Assembly (NCBI GenBank): GCA_031372565.1
Contig: JANMLN010000166.1
Location: 1-53,282 of the forward strand
Length of the DNA stretch: 53,282 bases
Direction of reading: 5' to 3'
Origin: Gemmatimonadota bacterium
Lineage (GTDB): Bacteria; Gemmatimonadota; Gemmatimonadetes; Gemmatimonadales; Gemmatimonadaceae
A model generated the notes under the pieces. The model made no database searches. It had not been told where the DNA came from and saw only the letters and a list, made by a program, of their open reading frames with translations. Every line of letters starts with the position of its first letter. Position 1 is the stretch's first letter. A program made the translations under genes and the position numbers. This document shows positions 1 through 9,556 of the stretch, piece by piece.

Positions 1-731
1 GTCCCCGGCCGGCCATCTTCGGTCGGCATGAACTTCGGCACGATGAAGAGCGAGATCCCCTTCGTGCCGGCGGGCGCATCCGGCAGCTTGGCCAGCACGA
101 GGTGCACGATGTTCTCGGCCAGATCGTGGTCGCCGGCCGAGATGAAGATCTTCTGTCCCGTGAGGTGGTACGCACCATCACCAGCCGGCACCGCCTTCGT
201 CGTGATGATGCCCAGGTCGGTGCCGGCGTGCGCCTCGGTCAGGCACATCGTGCCCGTCCATTGGCCCGACACGAGCTTCTCCATGTACGTCGCCTTGAGC
301 TCGTCGCTGCCGTAGGCATGGAGGGCGTTGTACGCGCCGTGCGTGAGGCCGGGGTACATGCCGAAGCTCTGGTTGCTCGCGCACATGAACTCTTCCATGA
401 TGCTGCGCAGGGAGTGCGGCATGCCCTGCCCACCATACTGCGTGTCGCACGACAGGCCCGGCCACCCCCCCTCGACGTACTGGCGATACGCCTCGATGAA
501 ACCCGGCGGCGTCTTCACGTTGCCGTTCTCGTAGGTGCACCCCACGCTGTCGCCGATCTGGTTGAGCGGCGCGAGCACTTCCTCGCAGAAGCGGCCGCCC
601 TCCTCGATGATCGTGTTGATCAGGTCGGGCGTCGCCTCCTCGTACCCCGGCAGTTTGCTCAGCTGCCCCACGTCGAGGAGCTCGTTGAGAAGGAACTTGA
701 CGTCGTCGATCGGAGCCTTGTACGTGGGCAT
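1..731 (-). CDS. acyl-CoA dehydrogenase (5' part only; runs off window start)
   Basis: Not in the ORF track. Manual translation from ATG 731 gives [20 protein letters not shown]...[16 protein letters not shown]...[10 protein letters not shown]...[17 protein letters not shown]...[23 protein letters not shown]...[10 protein letters not shown], typical of the long acyl-CoA dehydrogenase family. Confidence 0.92.
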   Translation of the reverse strand, partial: [243 protein letters not shown]

Positions 732-754
732 GGGCGTCTCGCAGGAGGTGGGGC

Positions 755-3079
755 TCAGTTCCGCAGCGGCTTGCCCGTCACGAGCATGTGCTCGATGCGG
801 GCCAGCGTCGCGGGGGTGCGCACGAGCGCGCCAAAGGCGGCGCGTTCGAGGTCGAACAGGTCATCTTCGGTCACCAGATCGCTCGGCGCGGCATCACCGC
901 CCGAGAGCACGCGCGCGAGGGCAGACCCGACCACCACATCGTGCGGCGTCGCTTGGCCAGCCGCCGCGCGCGCCTCGAGCTGCGACACCATCAGCTGCGC
1001 CCCCATCGGGCCGGGCAGGCGGATCTCGGGGGCGAGCGTCGGCACGAACGTCTCGCGCATCGCCACCGCCGTGGCCTTCGCGTCGGCCAGCAGGCGATCC
1101 TTGTTGAAGACGATCACGTCGTGCTCGCGCAGGTAGCCCAGCGACTTGGCGTGCTGCGCCGACTTCGAACTCTTGGCCATCAGGATCGTCTCGAATGCAC
1201 CGCCCAGCACCTTGAGCAGGTCGTTCCCGTGCTTGGCGAAGCCGCGCACGAGCATCTCCTTGCATCCACCCCAACCTGGCACGACGCCCACCGCCGTCTC
1301 CACGAGGCCGATCTGCAGCTCCGCGTGCGCGACGATGACGTCGGCGTGGAGGCAGACTTCACATCCGCCGCCGAATGCCATCCCGTGTGCCGCCGCCACC
1401 ACCGGAAAGGGCGCGTACTTGAGCGACTTCATCGCCTGCTGGCCGGCCTTGCCGCCCGCATCGAGCTCCGCGTAGGCGGCCACGTTCACGGCCAGCAGCA
1501 CGCCGGCCAGATTGGCGCCGACCGAAAAGTTGGGGCCTTCGTTGTGGATCACGAGCGCCGAGAAGCGCCCGGAATCGTCGCCCACGGTGCGCACGGCCGT
1601 CGAGATCATCGCGATCGAGAACGGATCGAGCGCGTTCATCTTGCTCGTGAACTCGAGACAGAGCACGCCGTCGCCCAGGTCCCACAGCGCCGCACTCGGG
1701 TTCTTGGCCACCGGGCGCGAGCGCCGCTTGATGTCCGACAGGAGCAGCACGCCGGGGGCGCGCACCATGGGCGTGTACACGCCCTGCACGTCGAGATGCT
1801 CCAGGCGACCGCTGTCCACCCGGTAGAACGGCCGTCCGGCCGCGCGCTGCAGCAACGCCGGTACCGCAGTGCCCTCCCTCGCGAGCCGTTCTGCAAACCA
1901 GCTGGTGCCGAGCGCGTCGAGCAGCTCGAACGGCCCCTTCTCCCAGCCGTAGCCCCACCGCATCGCTTCGTCGACCTGCACGATCGAGTCGGCAATCTCG
2001 GGCACCAGCGCGGCGGCATAGGCCAGCGTCTGCGACACGACACGCCATGCGTACTGGCCACCCTTGTCGGCGTGCGACACGAGCGCCTTGAGTTGGCGTC
2101 GGCCGGCGACGAGCGATGCCAGGCGCGGTTGCTGCGTCGGGCGATACTGCCCCGTCACGAGGTCCATCGATTCCTTGACCTTGCCCGCCGCGGACTTGCT
2201 CACGCGATAGAAGCCGCCCTTGCCCTTCCGACCGGTGAAGCCATCCGCAATCATCCGCGTGATCAGCGGCTGATCGACGCGAATGGCGCGATAGCCATCA
2301 TCGCTCGGCAACGTGGCCAGCATCGACTTCGACACATGCGGCATGAGGTCGATGCCCACGAGATCGAAGAGCCCGAACACGCCGGTGCTCGGAATGCCCA
2401 TCGGCTTGCCGTTGATCGCGTCGGCTTCTTCAACGGTCAGCCCGAGCGCGAACGCCTCGCGCACGGCGCACTCCATCCAGAACGTGCCGATGCGATTGGC
2501 GATGAACCCGGGCGTGTCCTTGCAGTCGACCACTCCCTTGCCCAATTGCACATCGCCGCAGTGGCGCACCGCCGCGATCGCCGCTGCGCGCGTCGTCGGA
2601 CCGGCGACAATCTCGAGGAGCCGCATGTACCGCGGCGGATTGAAGAAGTGCGTGATGCAGAAGTCGGCGGCGAACGAGGACGGCAACCCGTCCACGAGCA
2701 GACGCAGCGGGATCGTGCTCGTGTTCGACGAGACCACCGAGCCTGCCTTGCGCACGGCGTCGACCTTCGCGTAGAGCGCGCGCTTCACGTCCACGTCTTC
2801 GAGGACCGCCTCGATGATCCAGTCGCAATCGGCGAGCAGCGCCAGCGAATCCTCGATGTTGCCCGGCGTGATGCGCTGCGCCACCCCCGGATGCATGAAC
2901 GGCGCAGGCTCCTGCGTCTTCATCCGTTCGATGGCGCCCGCAGCAAGCACGTTGCGGTCGCTCGCGCCCGGTGGCACGATGTCGAGCAGCACCACGGGAA
3001 TGCCGGCATTCGCGAGCTGGGCGGCGATCCCGCTGCCCATGACGCCCGAACCGATGACGGCGGCGCGTTGGATGATCAT
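755..3079 (-). CDS. fadN: 3-hydroxyacyl-CoA dehydrogenase/enoyl-CoA hydratase (FadN-like)
   Basis: N-terminal GSGVMG Rossmann motif, SNTSTI, HFFNPPRYM, GFIANRI; C-terminal crotonase domain (FSVGANL, AFGGGCE); ends GKPLRN. Confidence 0.9.
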   Translation of the reverse strand: MIIQRAAVIGSGVMGSGIAAQLANAGIPVVLLDIVPPGASDRNVLAAGAIERMKTQEPAPFMHPGVAQRITPGNIEDSLALLADCDWIIEAVLEDVDVKRALYAKVDAVRKAGSVVSSNTSTIPLRLLVDGLPSSFAADFCITHFFNPPRYMRLLEIVAGPTTRAAAIAAVRHCGDVQLGKGVVDCKDTPGFIANRIGTFWMECAVREAFALGLTVEEADAINGKPMGIPSTGVFGLFDLVGIDLMPHVSKSMLATLPSDDGYRAIRVDQPLITRMIADGFTGRKGKGGFYRVSKSAAGKVKESMDLVTGQYRPTQQPRLASLVAGRRQLKALVSHADKGGQYAWRVVSQTLAYAAALVPEIADSIVQVDEAMRWGYGWEKGPFELLDALGTSWFAERLAREGTAVPALLQRAAGRPFYRVDSGRLEHLDVQGVYTPMVRAPGVLLLSDIKRRSRPVAKNPSAALWDLGDGVLCLEFTSKMNALDPFSIAMISTAVRTVGDDSGRFSALVIHNEGPNFSVGANLAGVLLAVNVAAYAELDAGGKAGQQAMKSLKYAPFPVVAAAHGMAFGGGCEVCLHADVIVAHAELQIGLVETAVGVVPGWGGCKEMLVRGFAKHGNDLLKVLGGAFETILMAKSSKSAQHAKSLGYLREHDVIVFNKDRLLADAKATAVAMRETFVPTLAPEIRLPGPMGAQLMVSQLEARAAAGQATPHDVVVGSALARVLSGGDAAPSDLVTEDDLFDLERAAFGALVRTPATLARIEHMLVTGKPLRN

Positions 3080-3219
3080 GATGCAATCTCGCGGGGCGAC
3101 CGCGCGCTATACAAGAGCGGGGCGCGGCGCCCGACTAGGACCCACGGTACAGGTGGCGGCGGAACCTCCCCGCGCTCCCCCCTCGGCGGGGAAGCCGCCC
3201 AGAGCCGGCCGCCACAGCC

Positions 3220-3720
3220 CTACGCGCGGCCGGCTCCCGGGGCCCGCGCGCTCCACCCGTCGTCCAGTCGCCATGCCTCGAGCTCCGCGAGGTACCCGGC
3301 GGGAAGCCCGTGCGTGCGCGCCGCCCGCAGCAGGTCCTCGAAATACGGGCCGCTGGTGCGCGTGGCGTCAGTGTTGCGCGCCATGTAGGTGAGCGCCGGT
3401 ATCGCGTGACCCTCCGGACGCTCTACCAATACCTCATGCCGGCGGTACAGCGCGATCGCGACACCTTCGTAGTCATCGAGCGCCGACTGATCGGCCTCGC
3501 TGATCAGCCAGAGGACGCCGTATACGCGCTTCCCGGCGGCCGGGAGGATGGTCGCGTGGTGATTGCGATTCACGCGAAAGGCGTGTCCCTCGAGCGTGGC
3601 GATGCCGACGAGCGTGGCACCGGGACACCGGACGGCCATCGCCTCCACGTCCATGTTCGATCCGTACGCGAAGTACGGTGTGCCGAGCGGCGGCGCGAGA
3701 GCCCCCGGCGATGCGCTCAC
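3220..3720 (-). CDS. gamma-glutamylcyclotransferase (AIG2-like) family protein
   Basis: YFAYGSNM motif and LDDYEG catalytic Glu motif; overlaps upstream stop (ATGA). Confidence 0.88.
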   Translation of the reverse strand: MSASPGALAPPLGTPYFAYGSNMDVEAMAVRCPGATLVGIATLEGHAFRVNRNHHATILPAAGKRVYGVLWLISEADQSALDDYEGVAIALYRRHEVLVERPEGHAIPALTYMARNTDATRTSGPYFEDLLRAARTHGLPAGYLAELEAWRLDDGWSARAPGAGRA

Positions 3721-4457
3721 CGGAAGGCAAAGCGCACGTGCACCGTCACCGTCACGTCCTTCTCGCGTGAGCTGGTGTCGTAGTTGCCGTAGTCCGACAC
3801 CGCCGTCGAGTTGGGCTGCGACACCTGAAAGACCCCGACCCGCACCCCCTTCACGCGCCCGACGGTCGCGCCCGCGGCCGACGCGATCTGCTCGGCGCGC
3901 ACACGGGCATCCTTCACGGCATCGGAGAGCAGACCGACGCGCAGTTCTGGCAGCTTGCTCACCAGGAACTCGGGATGATCCGAGTTCACCGGTACCCCCC
4001 GCGTGATGAGGTCACCCACGCGCGCGACCACGGCGGCCAGTCCGGCCACGTCGCGGCTGGTCACCGTCCAGGCCTGCGTCAGTCGGTATGCCGCGACGCG
4101 CCCCGTCTCGTTGCCATTGCTCAGCTCTTGCACGGTGGAGGTCGACAGGGGCGACACGGCGATGGACGTGTCGGCCACGCGCTGTTCCTTCAGAAATGCA
4201 CGAACCCGCTCCGACTGGGTGGTGACGTCGCGCAGCGCATCGGCCAACTGCGGATGGCTGGCACTCACGCTGAGGCGCCACACCATCAAGTCGCTCGTGA
4301 CAGCGCGCCGCGCGGACCCCGTGACCGAGAGTTCGTCGTCATCGGCGCGCACCTGTGTGAGCCCCCAGGCCAACACGGCGGCCGCGAGGACCACGGCGCC
4401 CGAAAGCAGCGACAGTCCCCGGCCGAGTCCCCGATCTGGTGGGCTCTCAGTGGTCAT
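3717..4457 (-). CDS. SIMPL (DUF541) domain protein
   Basis: N-terminal TM then 'LSVTGSARRAVTSD' and 'AVKDARVRAEQIA'; start moved to ATG 4457. Confidence 0.8.
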   Translation of the reverse strand: MTTESPPDRGLGRGLSLLSGAVVLAAAVLAWGLTQVRADDDELSVTGSARRAVTSDLMVWRLSVSASHPQLADALRDVTTQSERVRAFLKEQRVADTSIAVSPLSTSTVQELSNGNETGRVAAYRLTQAWTVTSRDVAGLAAVVARVGDLITRGVPVNSDHPEFLVSKLPELRVGLLSDAVKDARVRAEQIASAAGATVGRVKGVRVGVFQVSQPNSTAVSDYGNYDTSSREKDVTVTVHVRFAFR

Positions 4458-4608
4458 CACTGAAAAATGGCCGATGTCGCGGGAGGCGGCAGGGGGTGTT
4501 GCGTGCGGCCCAGTCTGTCTGTCATTTAGCGTGGTGGCCGGACCGCTCTGCCTCCCCGAACGGAACCGTGTCGGTTGCACGCCTCCTGTCCCCCGCCCCG
4601 AGGTGCCT

Positions 4609-5241
4609 GTGGCGAAGAAGATCCTGATCGGACTCGGCTCCCTGATCGCCGTCCTGCTCATCGTGGGCTTCGTGCTGCCGAACACGGTAACGGTGGCGCG
4701 CTCCGCGACGATCAATGCGCCCTCCGAGCGCATCTACGCGCTTGTGGCCACCCCAAGACAGTGGCCGCAGTGGTCGCCGTGGAATGGCCGTGACCCCAAC
4801 ATGACGATCACGTATAGCGGACCAGAGAGCGGCTCGGGCGCGACGTGGAGCTGGCTCAGCAAGAGCCAGGGCGACGGATCGATGACGATGGTGGACGCCC
4901 AGCCACCGAAAGCCATCGGGTTCGCGCTCACGCTCGTCGGAATGGGGCCGCCGAGTCAGGGCCGATTCGATCTTGCCCCGTCCGGAGCGTCGACCGATGT
5001 CACGTGGACGATGACGTCGACCATGGGCATGGGTCCCGTGGGGGGCTGGATCGGGTTGTTCTTCCGGTCGATGATCACGAAGGACTTCGATAGCGGACTC
5101 GCGAGCCTCAAGAAGCTGGCCGAAATGCCGAGCGCGCCGGAGCCCGCGCCCGCTGCTGGGGGCGAGCCCGCGGCAGCCTCCCCGGCCGCGAGCGGCGGCA
5201 TGGGGACCGCCCCAGAGCCTGCTCCGAAGCCGAAGCCGTAG
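4609..5241 (+). CDS. SRPBCC/START family protein with N-terminal TM and Pro/Ala-rich tail
   Basis: VARSATINAPSERIY...WPQWSPW...TDVTWTM...GLASLKKLAE; GTG start preceded by GAGG. Confidence 0.82.
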   Translation: MAKKILIGLGSLIAVLLIVGFVLPNTVTVARSATINAPSERIYALVATPRQWPQWSPWNGRDPNMTITYSGPESGSGATWSWLSKSQGDGSMTMVDAQPPKAIGFALTLVGMGPPSQGRFDLAPSGASTDVTWTMTSTMGMGPVGGWIGLFFRSMITKDFDSGLASLKKLAEMPSAPEPAPAAGGEPAAASPAASGGMGTAPEPAPKPKP

Positions 5242-5309
5242 CGCTCGCGAAGACCGTTCGGCACCACCACGGCTCCACCTGCGGGCAAGCAGGTGACCTC
5301 AGGACGCCC

Positions 5310-5340
5310 TTGACTAATCAAGAAATATTGATTGATTAAG
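5310..5340 (+). promoter_or_regulatory. putative arsR promoter/operator
   Basis: AT-rich patch with TTGACT (5310-5315) and inverted repeat AATCAA-N6-TTGATT (5316-5333) just upstream of arsR. Confidence 0.6.
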
Positions 5341-5343
5341 GAC

Positions 5344-5715
5344 ATGCTCACCGCCGCCCCCACTGATCTCGCACGCGCCGCGGCGCTCTTCCACGCGCTG
5401 TCCGACGAAACGCGGCTGGCGATCCTCGATCTGCTCCGCGAGCGTGAGCAGTGCGTGTGCGATCTGATGAGCGAGCTGGACGCGGCGCAGTCGCGCCTGT
5501 CTTTCCATCTCAAGGTCCTGAAGGACGCGGGCCTGGTGCGGGATCGCCGCGAGGGCCGTTGGTCGTACTACACGATTGTGTCGGCCGCGATCGACGAGGC
5601 GCACGATCGACTCATCGAGCGGCTGCCGCGCTCGGCCGAGCCCGCGCGACTGTACCAGCTGCGCACGAGGGGCGAGAGCGCAGTGGCACGGAGTCCCAAG
5701 ACGCCCTGCTGCTGA
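5344..5715 (+). CDS. arsR: ArsR/SmtB family As(III)-responsive repressor
   Basis: FHALSDETRL, EQCVCDL alpha3 metal site, QSRLSFHLKVLKDAGLV, REGRWSYY; C-terminal CC. Confidence 0.92.
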   Translation: MLTAAPTDLARAAALFHALSDETRLAILDLLREREQCVCDLMSELDAAQSRLSFHLKVLKDAGLVRDRREGRWSYYTIVSAAIDEAHDRLIERLPRSAEPARLYQLRTRGESAVARSPKTPCC

Positions 5716-5783
5716 GCGGTCCAATCCACCTGACGTCGATTGACGGTCAATCCATCAATTTTTCCTGTTGCAATGAGGCCCCG

Positions 5784-7085
5784 ATGCGCATGACGCAGAC
5801 GAACACCACACATTCGACTGACGCCCTCACGGCCATGGTCCAGGAGACCTACGGCGCCGCGGCACGACGTGTTATCGCAGGCGATGGTCTCCCGTCGGCA
5901 TGCTGCGACACCAGCTGCTGCGGCAGCTCCGCGACCGAGTCGAGCGACCCGATCACGAGCAACCTGTATGCGATGGGTGAAACGGCCGAGCTGCCCGCGG
6001 CCGCCGTGCTCGCGTCGCTGGGCTGCGGCAACCCGACCGCGCTCGCCGAACTCATGCCCGGTGAGGTCGTGCTCGACCTCGGCTCTGGCGGCGGCATCGA
6101 TGTACTGCTGTCGGCACGGCGAGTGGGCCCCACCGGCAAGGCGTACGGCGTGGACATGACCGACGACATGCTCCTGCTCGCGCGCCGAAACGCGGCGGAG
6201 GCGGGGGTGACCAATGTCGAGTTCCTGAAGGGCCAGATCGAACAGCTGCCGCTGCCGGATGCCTCGGTGGACGTGATCATCTCCAACTGCGTGATCAACC
6301 TGTCCGGCGACAAGCGCCAGGTGATGGGCGAGGCGATGCGCGTGCTCCGGCCGGGAGGCCGGTTTGCCGTGAGCGACGTGGTGGTGAAGGGTGACGCGCC
6401 CATCGAGGTGCGCGAGAGCCTCGTGCTCTGGGCTGGCTGCGTGGCCGGTGCGCTGCCGGAGCACACGTTTGAACAGCTGCTGCGCGAGGCGGGCTTCACC
6501 GATATCTCGATCGAGCCGACACGCGTGTACGACGCCGACGACGCACGCGCGATGCTCGCCGGCGCAGGGCTCAGCGATACCGACCGACTCGTCGCGCTCC
6601 TGGATGGGCAGCTCTTCTCGGCGTTCGTCCGCGCCTCCAAGCCGCGCGCGCCCTTCGCGATCCGCGCGGCTCGCCCGGACGACTGGCCCGCCGTGTCGAC
6701 GCTGCTGTCCGCCGCGAAGCTGCCGCTCGACGGCGCGGAGGCGCACCTCGCGGACTTCCTGCTGGCCGAGTCCGCCGGACGGCTCGTGGGGGTGATGGGA
6801 GTGGAGCGCCATGCCGATGGCGCGCTGCTGCGGAGTGCCGCCGTGGCAGCGACCTGGCGCGGGGGCGGTGTGGGGCGGTCGTTGCTCGAGGCGCTCGTGG
6901 CCCGGAGCCGTGATGCGGGCGATCGCGCACTCTTCCTGCTCACCGAGACTGCGGAGCACTGGTTCTCGCGGTTCGGGTTCGCTCGCATCTCGCGGGACGA
7001 GGTGCCGGCCAGCGTGCAGGCGAGCGTCGAGTTCACCACGGCGTGCCCGGCGTCGGCCACGGTCATGCGGCGCGAGTTGGCCTGA
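5784..7085 (+). CDS. arsM: arsenite S-adenosylmethyltransferase fused to ArsN2-like GNAT acetyltransferase
   Basis: SLGCGNP, VLDLGSGGGID, ISNCVINL, WAGCVAG and N-terminal CC..CC. The ArsM end (SAFVRASKP) continues without a stop into a GNAT domain ending SVEFTTACPASATVM. Start is 5784 or 5790. Confidence 0.9.
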   Translation: MRMTQTNTTHSTDALTAMVQETYGAAARRVIAGDGLPSACCDTSCCGSSATESSDPITSNLYAMGETAELPAAAVLASLGCGNPTALAELMPGEVVLDLGSGGGIDVLLSARRVGPTGKAYGVDMTDDMLLLARRNAAEAGVTNVEFLKGQIEQLPLPDASVDVIISNCVINLSGDKRQVMGEAMRVLRPGGRFAVSDVVVKGDAPIEVRESLVLWAGCVAGALPEHTFEQLLREAGFTDISIEPTRVYDADDARAMLAGAGLSDTDRLVALLDGQLFSAFVRASKPRAPFAIRAARPDDWPAVSTLLSAAKLPLDGAEAHLADFLLAESAGRLVGVMGVERHADGALLRSAAVAATWRGGGVGRSLLEALVARSRDAGDRALFLLTETAEHWFSRFGFARISRDEVPASVQASVEFTTACPASATVMRRELA

Positions 7086-7112
7086 ACCGAGCGGCAGGCC
7101 CCGGAAAGCGAA

Positions 7113-7141
7113 GGGCGCCCGTCCAGTCTGGACGGGCGCCC
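7113..7141. terminator. hairpin between convergent arsM and pilC (likely bidirectional terminator)
   Basis: gggcgcccgtccag-t-ctggacgggcgccc perfect inverted repeat. Confidence 0.7.
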
Positions 7142-7167
7142 CTGCGCTCGAGCGAGACGGGCCGAGC

Positions 7168-8358
7168 CTACTGCACGGCGTTGATCATGTCGAAGATCGG
7201 CAAGTACATGGCGACGACCATGCCGCCGACCACGGTGCCGAGGAACACGATCATGAGCGGCTCCATGGCGGAGAGCAGTCCGGAGACGGCCGCGTCGACC
7301 TCGTCATCGTAGAAGTCGGCGATCTTGGAGAGCATTTCGTCGAGCCCGCCCGTCTGCTCGCCCACCGCGATCATCGAGATGACCATGGGCGGGAAGACGT
7401 TGGACTTGGCGAGCGGCGCGGAGATGGTGTCGCCGCCCGCGATCGAGGCGCGGCTGGCGAGGATCGCGTCCTGGATGACGCGGTTGCCGGCCGTCTTCGC
7501 CGTGATCTCGAGGCCGTCGAGGATGGACACGCCCGAGGAGATGAGCGTGCCAAGCGTGCGGGTGAACCGGCTGACGGCCGACTTGCGGAGCACGTCACCG
7601 AGGACCGGCGCCTTGAGCAGGTACCCATCGACCCGGAGCTTGCCGCTGTCGGTCTTGTAGTACTTGCTGAACGCCTGCTTGCCGACGACACCGCCGATGA
7701 TGAGCGCCCACCAGAAGTTCTTGAGGAAGGACGACATCGCGATGACGATCTGGGTCGGCAGCGGCAGCTTGAGCCCCACCGAGCCGAACATGTTCTGGAA
7801 GATCGGGATCACGAAGATGAGCAGCACGGAGATGGCGATGGCCGCCACCGAGAGAATGACGCCCGGGTAGATCATGGCGCCCTTCACCTTGCGCACGAGG
7901 GCGTCGTTCTTTTCCATGAACGTCGCCAGGCGCATCAGGATCGTGTCGAGGATACCGCCCGCCTCGCCGGCCGCCACCATGTTCACGTAGAGATCGCTGA
8001 ACGCCTTGGGATGCTTGGCGAGCGCATCGGCCACGGTGTTGCCCGACTCCACGTCGAAGACCACGGTCCGGGTGACTTCGGCGAGCGCCTTCGACTCCGT
8101 CTGCTTGGAGAGGATGTCGAGGGCCTGCACGAGCGGCAGGCCGGCGTTGATCATGGTCGAGAACTGTCGCGTGAAGATCACGATGTCGCGCATCGTGACG
8201 TTCCCCTTCGCCTTGACCTTCGCCTGCTCGTCCACCTTCACGACGGTCATGCGCTGCTTCTTGAGCTGCGCAATCACCTCGTCCTTGTTCGTTGCCTCCA
8301 GCGTCGCCGACTTGAGCTCGCCGTTGGCGGTGCGGGCGGTATACGTGAACGTGGGCAT
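7168..8358 (-). CDS. pilC: type IV pilus platform protein (T2SS F family)
   Basis: FTRQFSTMINAGLPL, AGEAGGILD, VGEQTGGLDEML, YLPIF. Confidence 0.95.
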   Translation of the reverse strand: MPTFTYTARTANGELKSATLEATNKDEVIAQLKKQRMTVVKVDEQAKVKAKGNVTMRDIVIFTRQFSTMINAGLPLVQALDILSKQTESKALAEVTRTVVFDVESGNTVADALAKHPKAFSDLYVNMVAAGEAGGILDTILMRLATFMEKNDALVRKVKGAMIYPGVILSVAAIAISVLLIFVIPIFQNMFGSVGLKLPLPTQIVIAMSSFLKNFWWALIIGGVVGKQAFSKYYKTDSGKLRVDGYLLKAPVLGDVLRKSAVSRFTRTLGTLISSGVSILDGLEITAKTAGNRVIQDAILASRASIAGGDTISAPLAKSNVFPPMVISMIAVGEQTGGLDEMLSKIADFYDDEVDAAVSGLLSAMEPLMIVFLGTVVGGMVVAMYLPIFDMINAVQ

Positions 8359-8382
8359 CGGAATTCGTCCTCCCTTGGGGAA

Positions 8383-9534
8383 CTAGCGACGGGCCGCGGA
8401 GGCGGCCGGCGTCGCCTTTGACGGCTGGCCCGACTCGTCGAGCGGCGGCATGCCGATCATGCGCAGGAACTCGTTTCCGTCTCCGGAGACGCGCAGGCAC
8501 TCCTCGACCGTGACTTCCCGGTTCATGTACAGGACGTACAGCGAGTCGTTCAGCGTCTGCATGCCGAACTTCTTGCCGCCCTGCATCATCGAGTAGATCT
8601 GGTGGATCTTGTCATCGCGGATGAGGGCCCGGATCGCCGGCGTGATGACGAGGATCTCCGCCGCCATCGCGCGCCCCTTGCCACGCGCCTTCGGCAGCAG
8701 GGTCTGCGTGATGATCCCCTCGAGCACGAACGCGAGCTGCGCCCGCACCTGCGACTGCTGGTGACTCGGGAAGACGTCGATGATGCGGTTGATCGCCTCG
8801 GCGGCCGAGTTGGTGTGCAGCGTCGCGAAGGCCAGGTGGCCGGTTTCGGCAATCGTGAGCGCCGCCTGGATCGTCTCCAGGTCGCGCATCTCGCCGATGA
8901 GCACGACGTCCGGGTCCTCGCGGAGCGCGTACTTGAGCGCGTTCGCGAAGCTCTTCGTGTCGCTGCCGACCTCGCGCTGGTTGATGATGCTCATCTGGTG
9001 GCGGTGGATGAACTCGATCGGGTCCTCCACCGTGATGATGTGCCCCTTCATCTCGCGGTTGATCTTGTCGATCATCGCCGCGAGCGTCGTGCTCTTGCCC
9101 GAGCCGGTGGGGCCGGTGACGAGTACCAGACCGCGCGGCTTCTCCGCCAGCCGCGCCACGACCGCCGGCAGTCCGAGCTCCTGGAAGGTCTTGATCGCGA
9201 TGGGGATCTGCCGGATGCACATCGCGACGCAGCCGCGCTGCTTGAACGCGTTGCCGCGGAACCGCGCCAGGATCTGGATGCCGAAGGAGAAGTCGAGCTC
9301 GTCGTCCAGTTCGAAGCGCTTCTTCTGGTTCTCGGTCAACACCGAGTACGCCACCTGCAGCGTGTCCTTCGCCGTCAGCACGACATCGTACTTCGAACTC
9401 ACGATATCGCCGTCCACCCGAATCTTCGGGCATTCGCCGGCGGTGATGTGCAGGTCGGAGGCGTCGCGCTCGATCATCTCCTCGAGCAGCGATCGCAGGG
9501 AGACGGCGGTGGCGGGTGCGGCAGGACCGGTCAT
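8383..9534 (-). CDS. pilT: type IV pilus retraction ATPase
   Basis: ASDLHI, Walker A GPTGSGKST, EDPIE, LREDPD, GEMRD, TLHT, AIRALIRD. Confidence 0.95.
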   Translation of the reverse strand: MTGPAAPATAVSLRSLLEEMIERDASDLHITAGECPKIRVDGDIVSSKYDVVLTAKDTLQVAYSVLTENQKKRFELDDELDFSFGIQILARFRGNAFKQRGCVAMCIRQIPIAIKTFQELGLPAVVARLAEKPRGLVLVTGPTGSGKSTTLAAMIDKINREMKGHIITVEDPIEFIHRHQMSIINQREVGSDTKSFANALKYALREDPDVVLIGEMRDLETIQAALTIAETGHLAFATLHTNSAAEAINRIIDVFPSHQQSQVRAQLAFVLEGIITQTLLPKARGKGRAMAAEILVITPAIRALIRDDKIHQIYSMMQGGKKFGMQTLNDSLYVLYMNREVTVEECLRVSGDGNEFLRMIGMPPLDESGQPSKATPAASAARR

Positions 9535-9556
9535 GGCGGGGGAAGGATATGAGGGC

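Noticed and set aside
788..3388. Long antisense or alternate-frame ORFs (e.g. 788-3388+, 8780-11446+, 20796-22436+, 48278-49987-)
   Set aside because: Shadow ORFs expected in high-GC DNA opposite well-supported genes; Arg/Ala-rich and motif-free.
5713..5760. Selenocysteine readthrough at the arsR TGA after CC
   Set aside because: No recognisable SECIS, another in-frame TGA follows within a few codons, and arsM is in a different frame.
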